Under the pieces are notes generated by a model. That model was not told the origin of the DNA and did not search any database. It saw nothing but the letters and a program-made list of their open reading frames with translations. Positions 54,634-63,431 of a DNA stretch of 64,000 bases are shown here, one piece after another. The DNA is from Acidimicrobiales bacterium (GTDB lineage: Bacteria > Actinomycetota > Acidimicrobiia > Acidimicrobiales > Bog-793): NCBI GenBank assembly GCA_050015255.1, contig JBEKBT010000002.1, forward strand, positions 13,545-77,544, written 5' to 3'. The position numbers and the translations under genes were made by a program. Position 1 is the stretch's first letter, and each line of letters opens with the position of its first letter.

Positions 54634-55893
54634 ATGCCAGAGCCGTACCGGCCCCGCTGCCTGCGAATTGCGTACCTCGTCTACAGAGGCAATCCGCGCT
54701 GTGGCGGCCAGGGTGTCTACACGCGTCATCTGACGCGCGAGCTCACGGCGCTCGGGCACTCGGTGACGGTGTTCTCCGGGCCGCCCTATCCCGAGCTCGA
54801 GGAGCCGGTGGAGCTGGTCAAGGTCGCGAGCCTGGACCTTTACCGGGAGCCGGACCCGTTTCGTGTCCCGAAACTGCGCGAGTTCACCTCTCCGACCGAC
54901 GTCCTCGAGTTCGCGCTCATGTGCACGGCAGGCTTTCCCGAGCCGCTCACCTTCAGCCTGCGGGCGCGCCGCTTGCTCGCCGGGCGCCGCTCGGATTTCG
55001 ACCTCGTCCACGACAATCAGAGCCTCGGGCGGGGTGTCGCCGGCATGATGAAAGACGGCTGGCCGGTGCTCGCCACGATCCATCATCCCATCACTGTCGA
55101 TCGCGAGCTCGACCTCGCTCACGCGGACCGATGGCAGCGGCGCCTGACACTGCGGCGCTGGTACGGCTTTGTCGGGATGCAGGCGCGGGTGGCGCGCAAG
55201 ATCCAGCGCGTGGTGACCGTCTCCGAGTCGTCGCGGCGCGACATCGCCGATCAGCTCGGCGTCGAGCTCGAGCGCATTGCCGTCGTCCCCGTCGGCGTCG
55301 ACAGCTCGGTCTTCCGGCCGATGCCGGCTGTCGCGCGGGTGCCGGGCAGGATCATGACGACGGCGAGCTCCGACGTGCCGATGAAAGGGCTCGTCCCGCT
55401 TCTAGAGGCGCTCGCGAAGGTGCGCGCCGAGCGCGAGGACGCCCATCTGGTGGTCGTGGGACGGCTGCGAGACGGCAGCACGATCCCTGCCGCGCTGGAC
55501 CGGCTCGGCCTGGCGCGGGCGGTCCGTTTCGTCTCCGGGCTGAGCGACCAGGAGATCGTCGATCTCTACGCCGAGGCGGAGCTCGCCGTCGTGCCGTCGC
55601 TCTACGAAGGCTTCTCTCTGCCGGCGATCGAGGCGATGGCTTGCGGCGTGCCGCTCATCGCCACCACCGGCGGCGCCCTGCCCGAGGTGGCGGGCCCGAG
55701 CGGCGTGTCGGCGCTGCTCGTGCCACCCGACGATCCGGACGCGCTCGCCCGGGCGATCGGGGCGGTCCTCTCGGACGAGGTGCTCCGCCATCGCCTCGGC
55801 GACGCCGGCCGCAGGCGCGTCGCCGAGCGCTTCACCTGGCCGGTGACCGCCCGGGCCACCGCAGAGCAGTACCTCGAGCTTCTGGCGTGCTGA
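54634..55893 (+). CDS. glycosyltransferase family 4 protein
   Basis: 419 aa. RIAYLVYRGNPRCGGQGVYTRHLTRELTALGHSVTVFSG, and a C-terminal GT-B E-x7-E region (VVPSLYEGFSLPAIEAMACGVPLIAT). Confidence 0.9.
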   Translation: MPEPYRPRCLRIAYLVYRGNPRCGGQGVYTRHLTRELTALGHSVTVFSGPPYPELEEPVELVKVASLDLYREPDPFRVPKLREFTSPTDVLEFALMCTAGFPEPLTFSLRARRLLAGRRSDFDLVHDNQSLGRGVAGMMKDGWPVLATIHHPITVDRELDLAHADRWQRRLTLRRWYGFVGMQARVARKIQRVVTVSESSRRDIADQLGVELERIAVVPVGVDSSVFRPMPAVARVPGRIMTTASSDVPMKGLVPLLEALAKVRAEREDAHLVVVGRLRDGSTIPAALDRLGLARAVRFVSGLSDQEIVDLYAEAELAVVPSLYEGFSLPAIEAMACGVPLIATTGGALPEVAGPSGVSALLVPPDDPDALARAIGAVLSDEVLRHRLGDAGRRRVAERFTWPVTARATAEQYLELLAC

Positions 55894-56603
55894 CTGTCGC
55901 CTTCGGCCGTCTCGGCCTGCGCCCGGGCGAGCGCGTCCTCGACCTGGGCTGTGGCGCGGGCCGGCACGCTTGTGAGTGCCTGCGTCGCGGGGCGCTCGTC
56001 GTCGCCCTCGATTCCGACTCGGTCGAGGTCAAAGGCGTCACCGGGTTGATGGCAGCGATGATCGCGGCCGGAGAGGTTCCCGAGAGCGGGGCGGGGGTGG
56101 CGGTGAGAGGTGACGCGCTGGGGCTGCCGTTTCCTGACGGGGCTTTCGACAAGGTCATCTGTGCCGAGGTGCTCGAGCACCTGCCCGACGACTCCTCGGC
56201 CATGGCCGAGCTCGCCCGGGTGCTTCGTCCCGGAGGCCTGCTCGCCATCAGCGTGCCCCGCTACGGGCCCGAGCTCGTCAACTGGGCGCTCTCGGAGCGC
56301 TATCACACCGTCCCGGGCGGTCATGTGCGTATCTACCGGCGCCGCCAGCTGCTCGAGCGGTTCGACAAGGCAGGTCTGGAGCTCGTCGCGACCCATCACG
56401 CGCACGCCCTGCACAGCCCTTACTGGTGGCTGCGCTGCCTCGTGGGAGTGGACAACGACCGCTGCCTGGCCGTGCGCAGCTACCACCGTCTCCTGGTGTG
56501 GGACATAACGGCTCAGACGCCGCTGACGCGTGTCCCCGAGAAGATCCTCAACCCCTTGTTGGGCAAGAGCCTCGTCGTCTACCTGGTGCGCGCAGAGCGA
56601 TGA
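55887..56603 (+). CDS. class I SAM-dependent methyltransferase
   Basis: In frame within track ORF 54597..56603. GTG 55887 overlaps the GT4 stop. ERVLDLGCGAGRHA (motif I), VVALDSD, FDKVICAEVLEHL, LRPGGLLAISVP. Confidence 0.85.
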   Translation: MLTVAFGRLGLRPGERVLDLGCGAGRHACECLRRGALVVALDSDSVEVKGVTGLMAAMIAAGEVPESGAGVAVRGDALGLPFPDGAFDKVICAEVLEHLPDDSSAMAELARVLRPGGLLAISVPRYGPELVNWALSERYHTVPGGHVRIYRRRQLLERFDKAGLELVATHHAHALHSPYWWLRCLVGVDNDRCLAVRSYHRLLVWDITAQTPLTRVPEKILNPLLGKSLVVYLVRAER

Positions 56604-57775
56604 TGACGCCCCTCCGTCAGGTCGCCGGCGACCCGATCGCCAGGGCGCCGATCGCCGGGACGCCGATCGCCAGGGCGCCGATCGGCGACACGATCGAGTG
56701 GATCCGCGCCGTCCAGTTGAGAAACGGCATGATCCCGTGGTTTGCCGGTGGCCACGCCGACCCGTGGAACCACGTCGAGGCGGCCATGGCGCTCAGCGTG
56801 GGGGGTGCGGTGCGCGAGGCCGAGCGCGCCTTCGAGTGGCTGCAGGCGACCCAGCGCGCCGACGGGGCGTGGCACACCTACTACCTGGCGAGCGGCCAGG
56901 TCGAAGAGCCCCGCCTGGACACCAACGTCTCTGCCTACGTGGCGACGGGTGTGTGGCACCACTTCCTCGTCACGGGTGACTCCGGTTTCCTGGAGGATCT
57001 CTGGGAGCCGGTCGAGCGGGCCATGGGCTTTGTGATCGGCTGGCAGCGCCCTGGCGGGGAGCTGGTGTGGTCGGTCGAGCCTGACGGGACGCCGGGGAGC
57101 TACGGGCTGCTGACAGGCTCCGCCTCGGCGTACTTCAGCCTCCGGTGCGCCATCGCCTGCGCCTTGCAGCTCGGCCTCGAGCGCCCGGAGTGGGAGCTTG
57201 CCGCCGGCCGCCTGCGCCACGCCGTCGCCCACGGCTCGGGCGGGTTCGCGCCCAAGGACGAGTTCGCGATGGACTGGTACTACCCGGCGCTGGTGGGAGC
57301 CCTCGAGCCCGAGACGGCCGCAGGCCGCATCGACGAGCGGTGGTCCGACTTCGTGATCGGCGGGCGAGGGGTGCGCTGTGTCTCGCACCGCCCCTGGGTG
57401 ACCGCGGCGGAGACGGCCGAGTGCGCCATCGCCCTGGCGTCGATCGGGCGGCGCGACGAGGCGGTGGACCTGCTCGGTTGGGCACGCCAGCACCGCCTCC
57501 CGGACGGTTCTTACGTCACCGGCATGGTCTACCCGCAAGGCTCGAGCTATCCCCCGGGGGAGCGCTCGAGCTATACGGCAGCGGCGATCGTCCTCGCCGA
57601 GGACGCCTTGTCCGGGCTGAGCCCGGCCGCTCAGCTGTTCGTCGACGGGTCGCTTCCCCGGGGCCTCGATCTCGATCCGACCGACGCCCCCACCTCCCGC
57701 CTGAGCACTCGCAGGCTTCCTATGCCGGCCGAGGCTTCCTCCACGAACTCGCCCCCGCTGAGCGCGCGCTTGTAG
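56600..57775 (+). CDS. prenyltransferase / terpene-cyclase-fold (alpha/alpha toroid) protein
   Basis: In frame within track ORF 56426..57775. ATG 56600 overlaps the upstream stop (ATGA). QW-like repeats QLRNGMIPWF, QRADGAWHTYY, WQRPGGELVW, HRLPDGSYV. N-terminal PIARA/PIAGT pentapeptide repeats. Confidence 0.75.
   Translation: MMTPLRQVAGDPIARAPIAGTPIARAPIGDTIEWIRAVQLRNGMIPWFAGGHADPWNHVEAAMALSVGGAVREAERAFEWLQATQRADGAWHTYYLASGQVEEPRLDTNVSAYVATGVWHHFLVTGDSGFLEDLWEPVERAMGFVIGWQRPGGELVWSVEPDGTPGSYGLLTGSASAYFSLRCAIACALQLGLERPEWELAAGRLRHAVAHGSGGFAPKDEFAMDWYYPALVGALEPETAAGRIDERWSDFVIGGRGVRCVSHRPWVTAAETAECAIALASIGRRDEAVDLLGWARQHRLPDGSYVTGMVYPQGSSYPPGERSSYTAAAIVLAEDALSGLSPAAQLFVDGSLPRGLDLDPTDAPTSRLSTRRLPMPAEASSTNSPPLSARL
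56635..56694 (+). repeat. four tandem 15-nt units inside the prenyltransferase-fold gene (PIARA-PIAGT-PIARA-PIGDT)
   Basis: gatcgccagggcgcc / gatcgccgggacgcc / gatcgccagggcgcc / gatcggcgacacgat, read directly. Confidence 0.9.
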
Positions 57776-58353
57776 ATCTCAAAGGGGGGGCGCCCGCCGT
57801 CTCTGGGGTCAGGGAACACGTCGTGGATCGCAAGCCAGCCGCCCTCGGCGACGCGCGGGGCCCAGCCCCGGTAGTCAGCCCAGGCGGGCACTTCGCCGTG
57901 GCCTCCGTCGATGAACACCAAGCCTGCGGTGACGTTCCAGCGGGCGGCGATCGCCGGCGAGTCACCGACGACGGCGACCGCGAGGTCCTCCGCCCCGGCG
58001 GACTCGAGCGCCCTTCTCCAAAACGGCAGTGTGTCGATGCGGCCGGTCTCGCGGTCGAGGAGCGTTGCGTCATGATGCTCCCAGCCGGGCTGGTTCTCCT
58101 CGGAGCCGTGATGATGGTCGACGCTGAAGATCAGGGCCGGTGGCGCTCCGGCGTCCATCGCCTGGGCGGTCCCCGAGGCCAGGTACAGTGTCGACCGGCC
58201 GCAGTAGGCGCCGACCTCGACGATCGAGGAGAAACCAGCCATCACGGCGCGTCGGGCGACGGCGGCGAGGGCAAGGCCCTCCTCATCGGGCATGAAGCCC
58301 TTGGTGGCACGTGCCGCCGCCAGCAGCAGCTGTGGTCTCGACTGAGGGCTCAT
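57631..58353 (-). CDS. class I SAM-dependent methyltransferase (CmcI / O-methyltransferase-3-like)
   Basis: 240 aa. IVEVGAYCGRSTLYLA (motif I-like), LVFIDGGHG, WLAIHDVF. The 3' end overlaps the convergent gene by 145 nt. Confidence 0.8.
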   Translation of the reverse strand: MSPQSRPQLLLAAARATKGFMPDEEGLALAAVARRAVMAGFSSIVEVGAYCGRSTLYLASGTAQAMDAGAPPALIFSVDHHHGSEENQPGWEHHDATLLDRETGRIDTLPFWRRALESAGAEDLAVAVVGDSPAIAARWNVTAGLVFIDGGHGEVPAWADYRGWAPRVAEGGWLAIHDVFPDPRDGGRPPFEIYKRALSGGEFVEEASAGIGSLRVLRREVGASVGSRSRPRGSDPSTNS

Positions 58354-58389
58354 CGGCGCTCCATCCTCATCGGCCTCATCGCAGGTGGC

Positions 58390-58999
58390 TCAGCTCGTGG
58401 CGAGCGAGACGATCGTGTAGATGCCGAAGCCCAAAAGGGCCAGTCCCGACACCCGCCGTACGACAGTGAGAGGCACCCAGCGCGTGATCGTGCGGCCGGC
58501 GAGGACCCCTGCGACGGTGACCCAGCGCAAAACCAGCCGTCGCGCCCGCGAACACTGCTGCCCTGTCCCGATAGTGGGCGGCCAGGTTGGCTATCAGCAC
58601 CTGGGTGATGTCTCCGAACTCGGCGATCGCGACCACGCCGAATGTGACGGCGGCGACGCGCCAGAAGCTCGAGCCAGCGGCCAACGACCGGTCCTCCCCC
58701 GAGGCCAGCAGCTCGCCGCGCTCCTGCTCGGCATGTTCGGTCGTCGCCAGCAGGTAGACGGCACCTCCCAGGAACAGCGCCGTCACGACCGACTGCACCG
58801 CCGGCTTGGGAAGCAGGGCGATCAGCCCGCCGGCGACCACAACGATGCCGGCCTGGAGGACGAGCGCCGCCACGGCACCGCACCAGACCGGTACCGGGCG
58901 GTGACGCGAGGAGAGGACCAGGCACGCGACGAAAGTCTTGTCAGGCAGCTCCGCCGGTATGACGAGCGCGAACGTCGTCGCCGCCATGGCGAGGTTCAC
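58390..58999 (-). pseudogene. UPF0016 / GDT1 (TMEM165-like) cation transporter gene carrying a +1 frameshift
   Basis: Track ORF 58376..58999 has both E-x-G-D-(K/I)-T motifs (ELPDKT, EFGDIT) but ends in a non-membrane Arg/His tail. Shifting frame at the GGG run (58521-58523) restores ...ALVTVAGVLAGRTITRWVPLTVVRRVSGLALLGFGIYTIVSLATS* with a stop at 58390. Confidence 0.75.
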
Positions 59000-59014
59000 C
59001 GACGCCCTCCAAGC

Positions 59015-61633
59015 TCATGCCTTGGCGAGGAAGGACCGCAGGTGGGGCCGTAGCCTGAGCACGAAGCGGACGTTGATCTCGAGGCGTTCGATGCTCTGGT
59101 CCACCGTCCGCTGCTGGCCGCCGAGGCGATGCGTCTCCAGGAAGGCCGTGACCTCGCGCGAGAGCCGGGGACTGCCGTCGGGATCCAGCTGGCAAAGACG
59201 CGACACCTCGATCATTTTCGGGACCGCGTTCTCCGGGTACAGCTCCAAGAGCTTGTCCCAGTGAACGGTGACGAACTCCCAGACGTCTGGACCGACGAGC
59301 CGGTTCATGAGGAGCTTGCGCAGGAGATAGGGGGCGTCCTGGGTCCGGACCTCGCTCAGGCACAGCTCGCAGGTCTCAGCGGCGAGCTCCGGGTCGCGCA
59401 CATAGCTGAGCGAGTCGAGGTAGCGCTGTTCCTCCAGCGGGTCGGCGGGAGACCGGAAGCGGGCGAGGAGGGTCTCGTACTCGGCGCGCCCTGCCGTGGT
59501 GGCTACGACGTGCAAGACGGCCGAGGCGATGTCCGCGTCCAGCGACACCCCCTGGCCGAGGGCGAGGAAGCGCTCGCGGCTCTCGGCCCGCACGCCAGCG
59601 TCGGCGCCGATCGTGCCCAGGGTTCCGATGAGGACCGCGCGGCGCCGGGCCGCCTCGTTGTCGTCATCCGGACGCTGGTCCCACCCGACGCGCGCGAGCT
59701 CAGGCCCGAGCAACGACTGGATGAACGATTCGAGCGCGCCGCGGTCGTCCTCGGCGACCGCGAAGTCCAACAAACCGAGCGCCCCGGCGACCATCGCCCA
59801 CACGCTCGGGTCCTTCTCGCCCTCGAGACGGCGAACGACGCTGAGGAACTGCTCGAGCGGCGTCCGGCCGGCGAGCACACAGGCCCAGGTGTCCGCCACG
59901 AGCTTGAAGCGCTCTAGCGGCTGGAGACGGTCAAAGCCGGCGAGGAGGTCACCGAGCAGCCCATCGTCGTAGCGCAACCGGTAGACGCCACTGCCACCGA
60001 CGTTGACCACGAGCATCCCGTCGCCTGCCGGGACGCGGACGGGCTCCGAACGGAGCAGCTCGTAGTGGCACCCCGTACCGGCGCCCTGGCCGTGAGCCGG
60101 CCGCCTCTCGATGGCCACCGGTACGAGCCAGCTCAAGCCGATGGCGCTCGGTGCGGAACCGGCGGGTCTGTCGTGCTCGGGCAGGTAGGAGAAGGGCTCC
60201 TGGGAGAAAAACACCTCGTGATCCTGCGCCCGCGCGCTCACGAGCGGATGTCCGCCCTGGCGGATCCACGAGTCCATGAGCGCCCGGATCGGCTTGCCGT
60301 CTGCCGCCTCCTCGATGGCGTCCCACAGGTCGCTCGTCTCGGTATTGCCGTAGCGATGGGCGGCTAGGTATCGGCGGACGCCGTCGCGGAAGCGGTCCGT
60401 GCCGAGGTACTGCTCGAGCATGCGGAGAAGGCTGGCCCCCTTCTCGTAGGTGAGGGCGTCGAACATCGACTCGACCTCTTCGGGCGTGTGCACCGGGAAC
60501 TCGATGGGCCGCGTGGAGTGGAGCCCGTCGAGGGAGAGCGCCATCTCGCGATCGCGGCTGAAGCTCACCCAGCACTCGTATTCGGGCTTGAAGTCGTCCA
60601 AACAGCAAAGGGACATGTAGGTCGCGAAAGACTCGTTCAACCAGACGCCGTTCCACCAGCTCATCGTCACGAGGTCCCCGAACCACATGTGCGCGATCTC
60701 GTGCTCGACCGTGGTGGCGATGTTCTCGCGCTCGATGCGCGCCGAGCGGGTGGGGTCGATCAGGAGATCGACCTCACGGAAGGTGACGCAGCCGAGGTTC
60801 TCCATGGCTCCGGCGGCGAAGTCCGGGATCGCGACGAGGTCGAGCTTGTCGCCCGGATAGGGCTGGTCGAAGTACTGGGCGTAGAAGCGCAACGCGTGCT
60901 CCGCAGCCTCGATGGCGGTGCCCGTCAGCCGCTCCTTGCCGGCGGTGTGGACCACCCGCAGCGCGGTGCCGTCCACGCTCCCGGCGTCGGTGATCTGGAG
61001 AGGGCCGACGACGAAGGCGACGAGATAGGTCGACATCGGGATGGTGTCGGCGAACCAGAGGCGACGTTTGCCACCGGAGAGGTCAGAAGAGGAGCGCTCG
61101 GCGGCGTTCGAGATAGCCAGCAGGCCGGCATCGACCTCGAGCGAGACCGAGAAGACTGCCTTGCGGTCCGGCTCGTCCCAACACGGGAACGCCCTGCGTG
61201 CGTCGGTCGACTCGAACTGGGTCGTGGCAAGGACCTGCTCATGGCCTTGCTCGTCCCGGAACGTGCTGCGATAAAAGCCGCGGAGTTTGTCGTTGAGCAC
61301 GCCCGCGAAATCGCATTCGAGGACACAAGGCCCGGGCAGGATCTGGCGAGGCGGAGTGAAGGTGACCCGCTCCAGCTCCTCGTCGAAGGAGATCGCAAGC
61401 CCGACCGGCTGAGGTGAGCCGCCCGGCCAGCTCAGCATGGCGTTGGAAACCTGCAGCTCAGAGGCGTTGCAGACGATCGAGCTTGTCGGCGTCGTCACCT
61501 CGAGCTCTATCCGCTCATGACCCAGGAACTTGGCGGCGTCGAGGTCGGGAGCGAGGGTGAGCTCGTAGCGAGTGGGCACGACGTCGCGGGGAAGCCTGAA
61601 GTCCGTCTCGTCTGTGTTCGAAGTCACGAGCAC
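59015..61633 (-). CDS. pepN: aminopeptidase N (M1 family)
   Basis: 872 aa. GAMENLG exopeptidase motif, the HEIAHMWFGDLVTMSWWNGVWLNESFA zinc site (HExxH-x18-E), and an ERAP1-like C-terminal domain. Confidence 0.95.
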   Translation of the reverse strand: MLVTSNTDETDFRLPRDVVPTRYELTLAPDLDAAKFLGHERIELEVTTPTSSIVCNASELQVSNAMLSWPGGSPQPVGLAISFDEELERVTFTPPRQILPGPCVLECDFAGVLNDKLRGFYRSTFRDEQGHEQVLATTQFESTDARRAFPCWDEPDRKAVFSVSLEVDAGLLAISNAAERSSSDLSGGKRRLWFADTIPMSTYLVAFVVGPLQITDAGSVDGTALRVVHTAGKERLTGTAIEAAEHALRFYAQYFDQPYPGDKLDLVAIPDFAAGAMENLGCVTFREVDLLIDPTRSARIERENIATTVEHEIAHMWFGDLVTMSWWNGVWLNESFATYMSLCCLDDFKPEYECWVSFSRDREMALSLDGLHSTRPIEFPVHTPEEVESMFDALTYEKGASLLRMLEQYLGTDRFRDGVRRYLAAHRYGNTETSDLWDAIEEAADGKPIRALMDSWIRQGGHPLVSARAQDHEVFFSQEPFSYLPEHDRPAGSAPSAIGLSWLVPVAIERRPAHGQGAGTGCHYELLRSEPVRVPAGDGMLVVNVGGSGVYRLRYDDGLLGDLLAGFDRLQPLERFKLVADTWACVLAGRTPLEQFLSVVRRLEGEKDPSVWAMVAGALGLLDFAVAEDDRGALESFIQSLLGPELARVGWDQRPDDDNEAARRRAVLIGTLGTIGADAGVRAESRERFLALGQGVSLDADIASAVLHVVATTAGRAEYETLLARFRSPADPLEEQRYLDSLSYVRDPELAAETCELCLSEVRTQDAPYLLRKLLMNRLVGPDVWEFVTVHWDKLLELYPENAVPKMIEVSRLCQLDPDGSPRLSREVTAFLETHRLGGQQRTVDQSIERLEINVRFVLRLRPHLRSFLAKA

Positions 61634-61649
61634 CGAAGACTAGTCGGCC

Positions 61650-62735
61650 ATGGCTCTGCACCCGCTACGGTCAGGACTCGTGCCTGAGCCCGGATCGTCT
61701 CACGTTGCCTCGAATGGCTCGGGCGAGCCGCTCGGCAGTCGGACGGCCGAGGTTGTGTGCATAGGCCATGCCATCGTCGACCGGCTCGCGCACGTGGATG
61801 CAGCGACCGTTGCCGCATCGGGCGTCGAGCCGGAGTCGATGACCCTTGTCGACGGCGAGCAGATCGCGAGGATCCTCCAGCTCGTGCCTTCCTGGGTCCA
61901 AGTCGCCGGCGGATCGGCCGCCAACACTGCTGCCGGGCTCGCCTCTTTGGGAGACCATCCGACCTTTGTCGGCTCGGTGGGTGCCGACCCGCTCGGTGAG
62001 CGCTATGAGCGCGACCTCTCCGCGGTCGGCGTGCGCTGCGTGCTGAGCCACAGCGCCACCGGTCTGCCCACCGGCCAGTGCCTGGTGCTCGTCACCGAGG
62101 ACTCGGGCCGCACGATGGCGACGAACCTTGGCGCGGGCGTCGTGATCGACCCCGAGGCGGTCGAGCGGGTTGACATGGGCACCGCCGCCGGGTTGTACAT
62201 CGAGGGCTACCTGCTCGACTCGCCTGGGACCCTTGCTGCGCTGGAGCGGATGATCCAGCTGGCGAAGTCGGCCGGCGGGTTGGTGGCTCTGAGCCTGTCG
62301 GACCCATTTCTCGTCGAGCGCCACGGCGAAGCACTGAACGCGCTCGTCGATGACAAAGTGGACCTGCTCTTTGCCAACGAGGAGGAAGCACGGCGCTTCA
62401 CCGGGGCAGGCGACCTGTCCGGGGCACTCGAGGCTCTCGAACGGCCGGGTCTCGTGGTGGCGGTGACCCTCGGGCCTCGGGGCGCCGTGCTGGTGGACGG
62501 CAACGAGCGAGCCAGTGTCGCGGCCTGGTCGGTCGGCCCGGTGGACGACACGACCGGAGCTGGCGACATCTTCGCGGCCGGCGTCCTCCACGGCCTTGTG
62601 CACGGGGCGCCGCTCGAGGTCGCGGGCCGGCTCGGAGCCCTGGCGGCGGCCGAGATCGTCTCCCATCTCGGCGCCCAGCCCCGAGTCTCGCTGCGCTCGT
62701 TGGCAGCGCGAACCGGCCTTGCCGCGCCCTTCTAG
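61650..62735 (+). CDS. PfkB-family carbohydrate/adenosine kinase
   Basis: 361 aa ORF. VVCIGHAIVD, GGSAANTAAGLASLG, and the C-terminal DTTGAGDIFAAGVLHGL motif. The start is uncertain (ATG 61650, GTG 61680 or GTG 61755). Confidence 0.85.
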   Translation: MALHPLRSGLVPEPGSSHVASNGSGEPLGSRTAEVVCIGHAIVDRLAHVDAATVAASGVEPESMTLVDGEQIARILQLVPSWVQVAGGSAANTAAGLASLGDHPTFVGSVGADPLGERYERDLSAVGVRCVLSHSATGLPTGQCLVLVTEDSGRTMATNLGAGVVIDPEAVERVDMGTAAGLYIEGYLLDSPGTLAALERMIQLAKSAGGLVALSLSDPFLVERHGEALNALVDDKVDLLFANEEEARRFTGAGDLSGALEALERPGLVVAVTLGPRGAVLVDGNERASVAAWSVGPVDDTTGAGDIFAAGVLHGLVHGAPLEVAGRLGALAAAEIVSHLGAQPRVSLRSLAARTGLAAPF

Positions 62736-62769
62736 CCGGGCGCTTCGGACCAGCCGGGCTCTTCAGACC
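62734..62769. repeat. 18-nt imperfect tandem duplication bridging two convergent stop codons
   Basis: agccgggcgcttcggacc (62734-62751) and agccgggctcttcagacc (62752-62769), 16/18 identical. The kinase stop TAG is at 62733-62735. The complement of the minus-gene stop is at 62763-62765, inside copy 2. Confidence 0.9.
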
Positions 62770-63371
62770 TGGTCGCTGTCCTCGTCCGGCGGGAGGAAGG
62801 CCAGGTCGAGATCTGCCAGGCGCACGAGTGCGGAGGCGACCCAGCGGGCGAGGCCCGCGACCTGACCGTCGAGCTTCGTCGGATCGTCCAGAACAGGCTC
62901 CTCGAGCCGGATGCTGCCCTGGTAGGCGATCTCGATGGCGCAGGCGGGAGTCGCCGAGGAAGGCTCGTAGAGCTGCTCGATCATCGGCCCGGACTGCTCC
63001 AAGCGCTCCGAGCCGAACTCGGGTCCCTCACCTGCAAGCGCGGAGAGCACAAGGGCCGGGTCGGGCACCGCGGCGAGACGCTGCACGCGAAGCGCGATCT
63101 CGACGACGAGCTCCGGCGGTTCGGCGGGAGGCTCGCCGATCGACCACGACCGGTAGGCGCTCTGGCTCCAGGTCGGCCAATCCAGGCTGAGGTCTGCCCT
63201 GACTCGCGGGGGGCTGTCCTCTCCAGGGAGGCTGTAGGAGGTCTCGAAGGCGACGTCGCCGAGGAAGACGTCAACCTGGAAGCGCTCCTCGACCGCTTGC
63301 TGTTCCAGCAGCGCGCCCTCGAACGCCTCGCGGAGGGCCGCGATGACGTCGAGGAGAATGTGATCGATCAT
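62763..63371 (-). CDS. hypothetical acidic protein
   Basis: 202 aa ORF in a coherent frame with G/C-rich third positions. No family recognised. Confidence 0.55.
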   Translation of the reverse strand: MIDHILLDVIAALREAFEGALLEQQAVEERFQVDVFLGDVAFETSYSLPGEDSPPRVRADLSLDWPTWSQSAYRSWSIGEPPAEPPELVVEIALRVQRLAAVPDPALVLSALAGEGPEFGSERLEQSGPMIEQLYEPSSATPACAIEIAYQGSIRLEEPVLDDPTKLDGQVAGLARWVASALVRLADLDLAFLPPDEDSDQV

Positions 63372-63431
63372 GGCGAGCCGAGGCTACCCGCCTGCCGAGC
63401 GAGAAGCGTATTCAGCTGGTAGACAGCGATC

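Noticed and set aside
54597-55886. First 430 codons of track ORF 54597..56603 (and similarly 37991..38155, 41990..42253, 29437..30054, 30380..30598, 17168..17800, 19797..20165)
   Set aside because: These are upstream read-throughs of real genes into the preceding gene's sequence in another frame. The true starts were placed at start codons with SD-like sequences or stop/start overlaps, where the recognisable homology begins.
58515-58530. Programmed ribosomal frameshift in the UPF0016 gene
   Set aside because: There is no slippery heptamer of the X_XXY_YYZ type and no obvious downstream pseudoknot. A homopolymer indel (sequencing error or mutation) is the simpler explanation. It is kept as a finding only as a frameshift.
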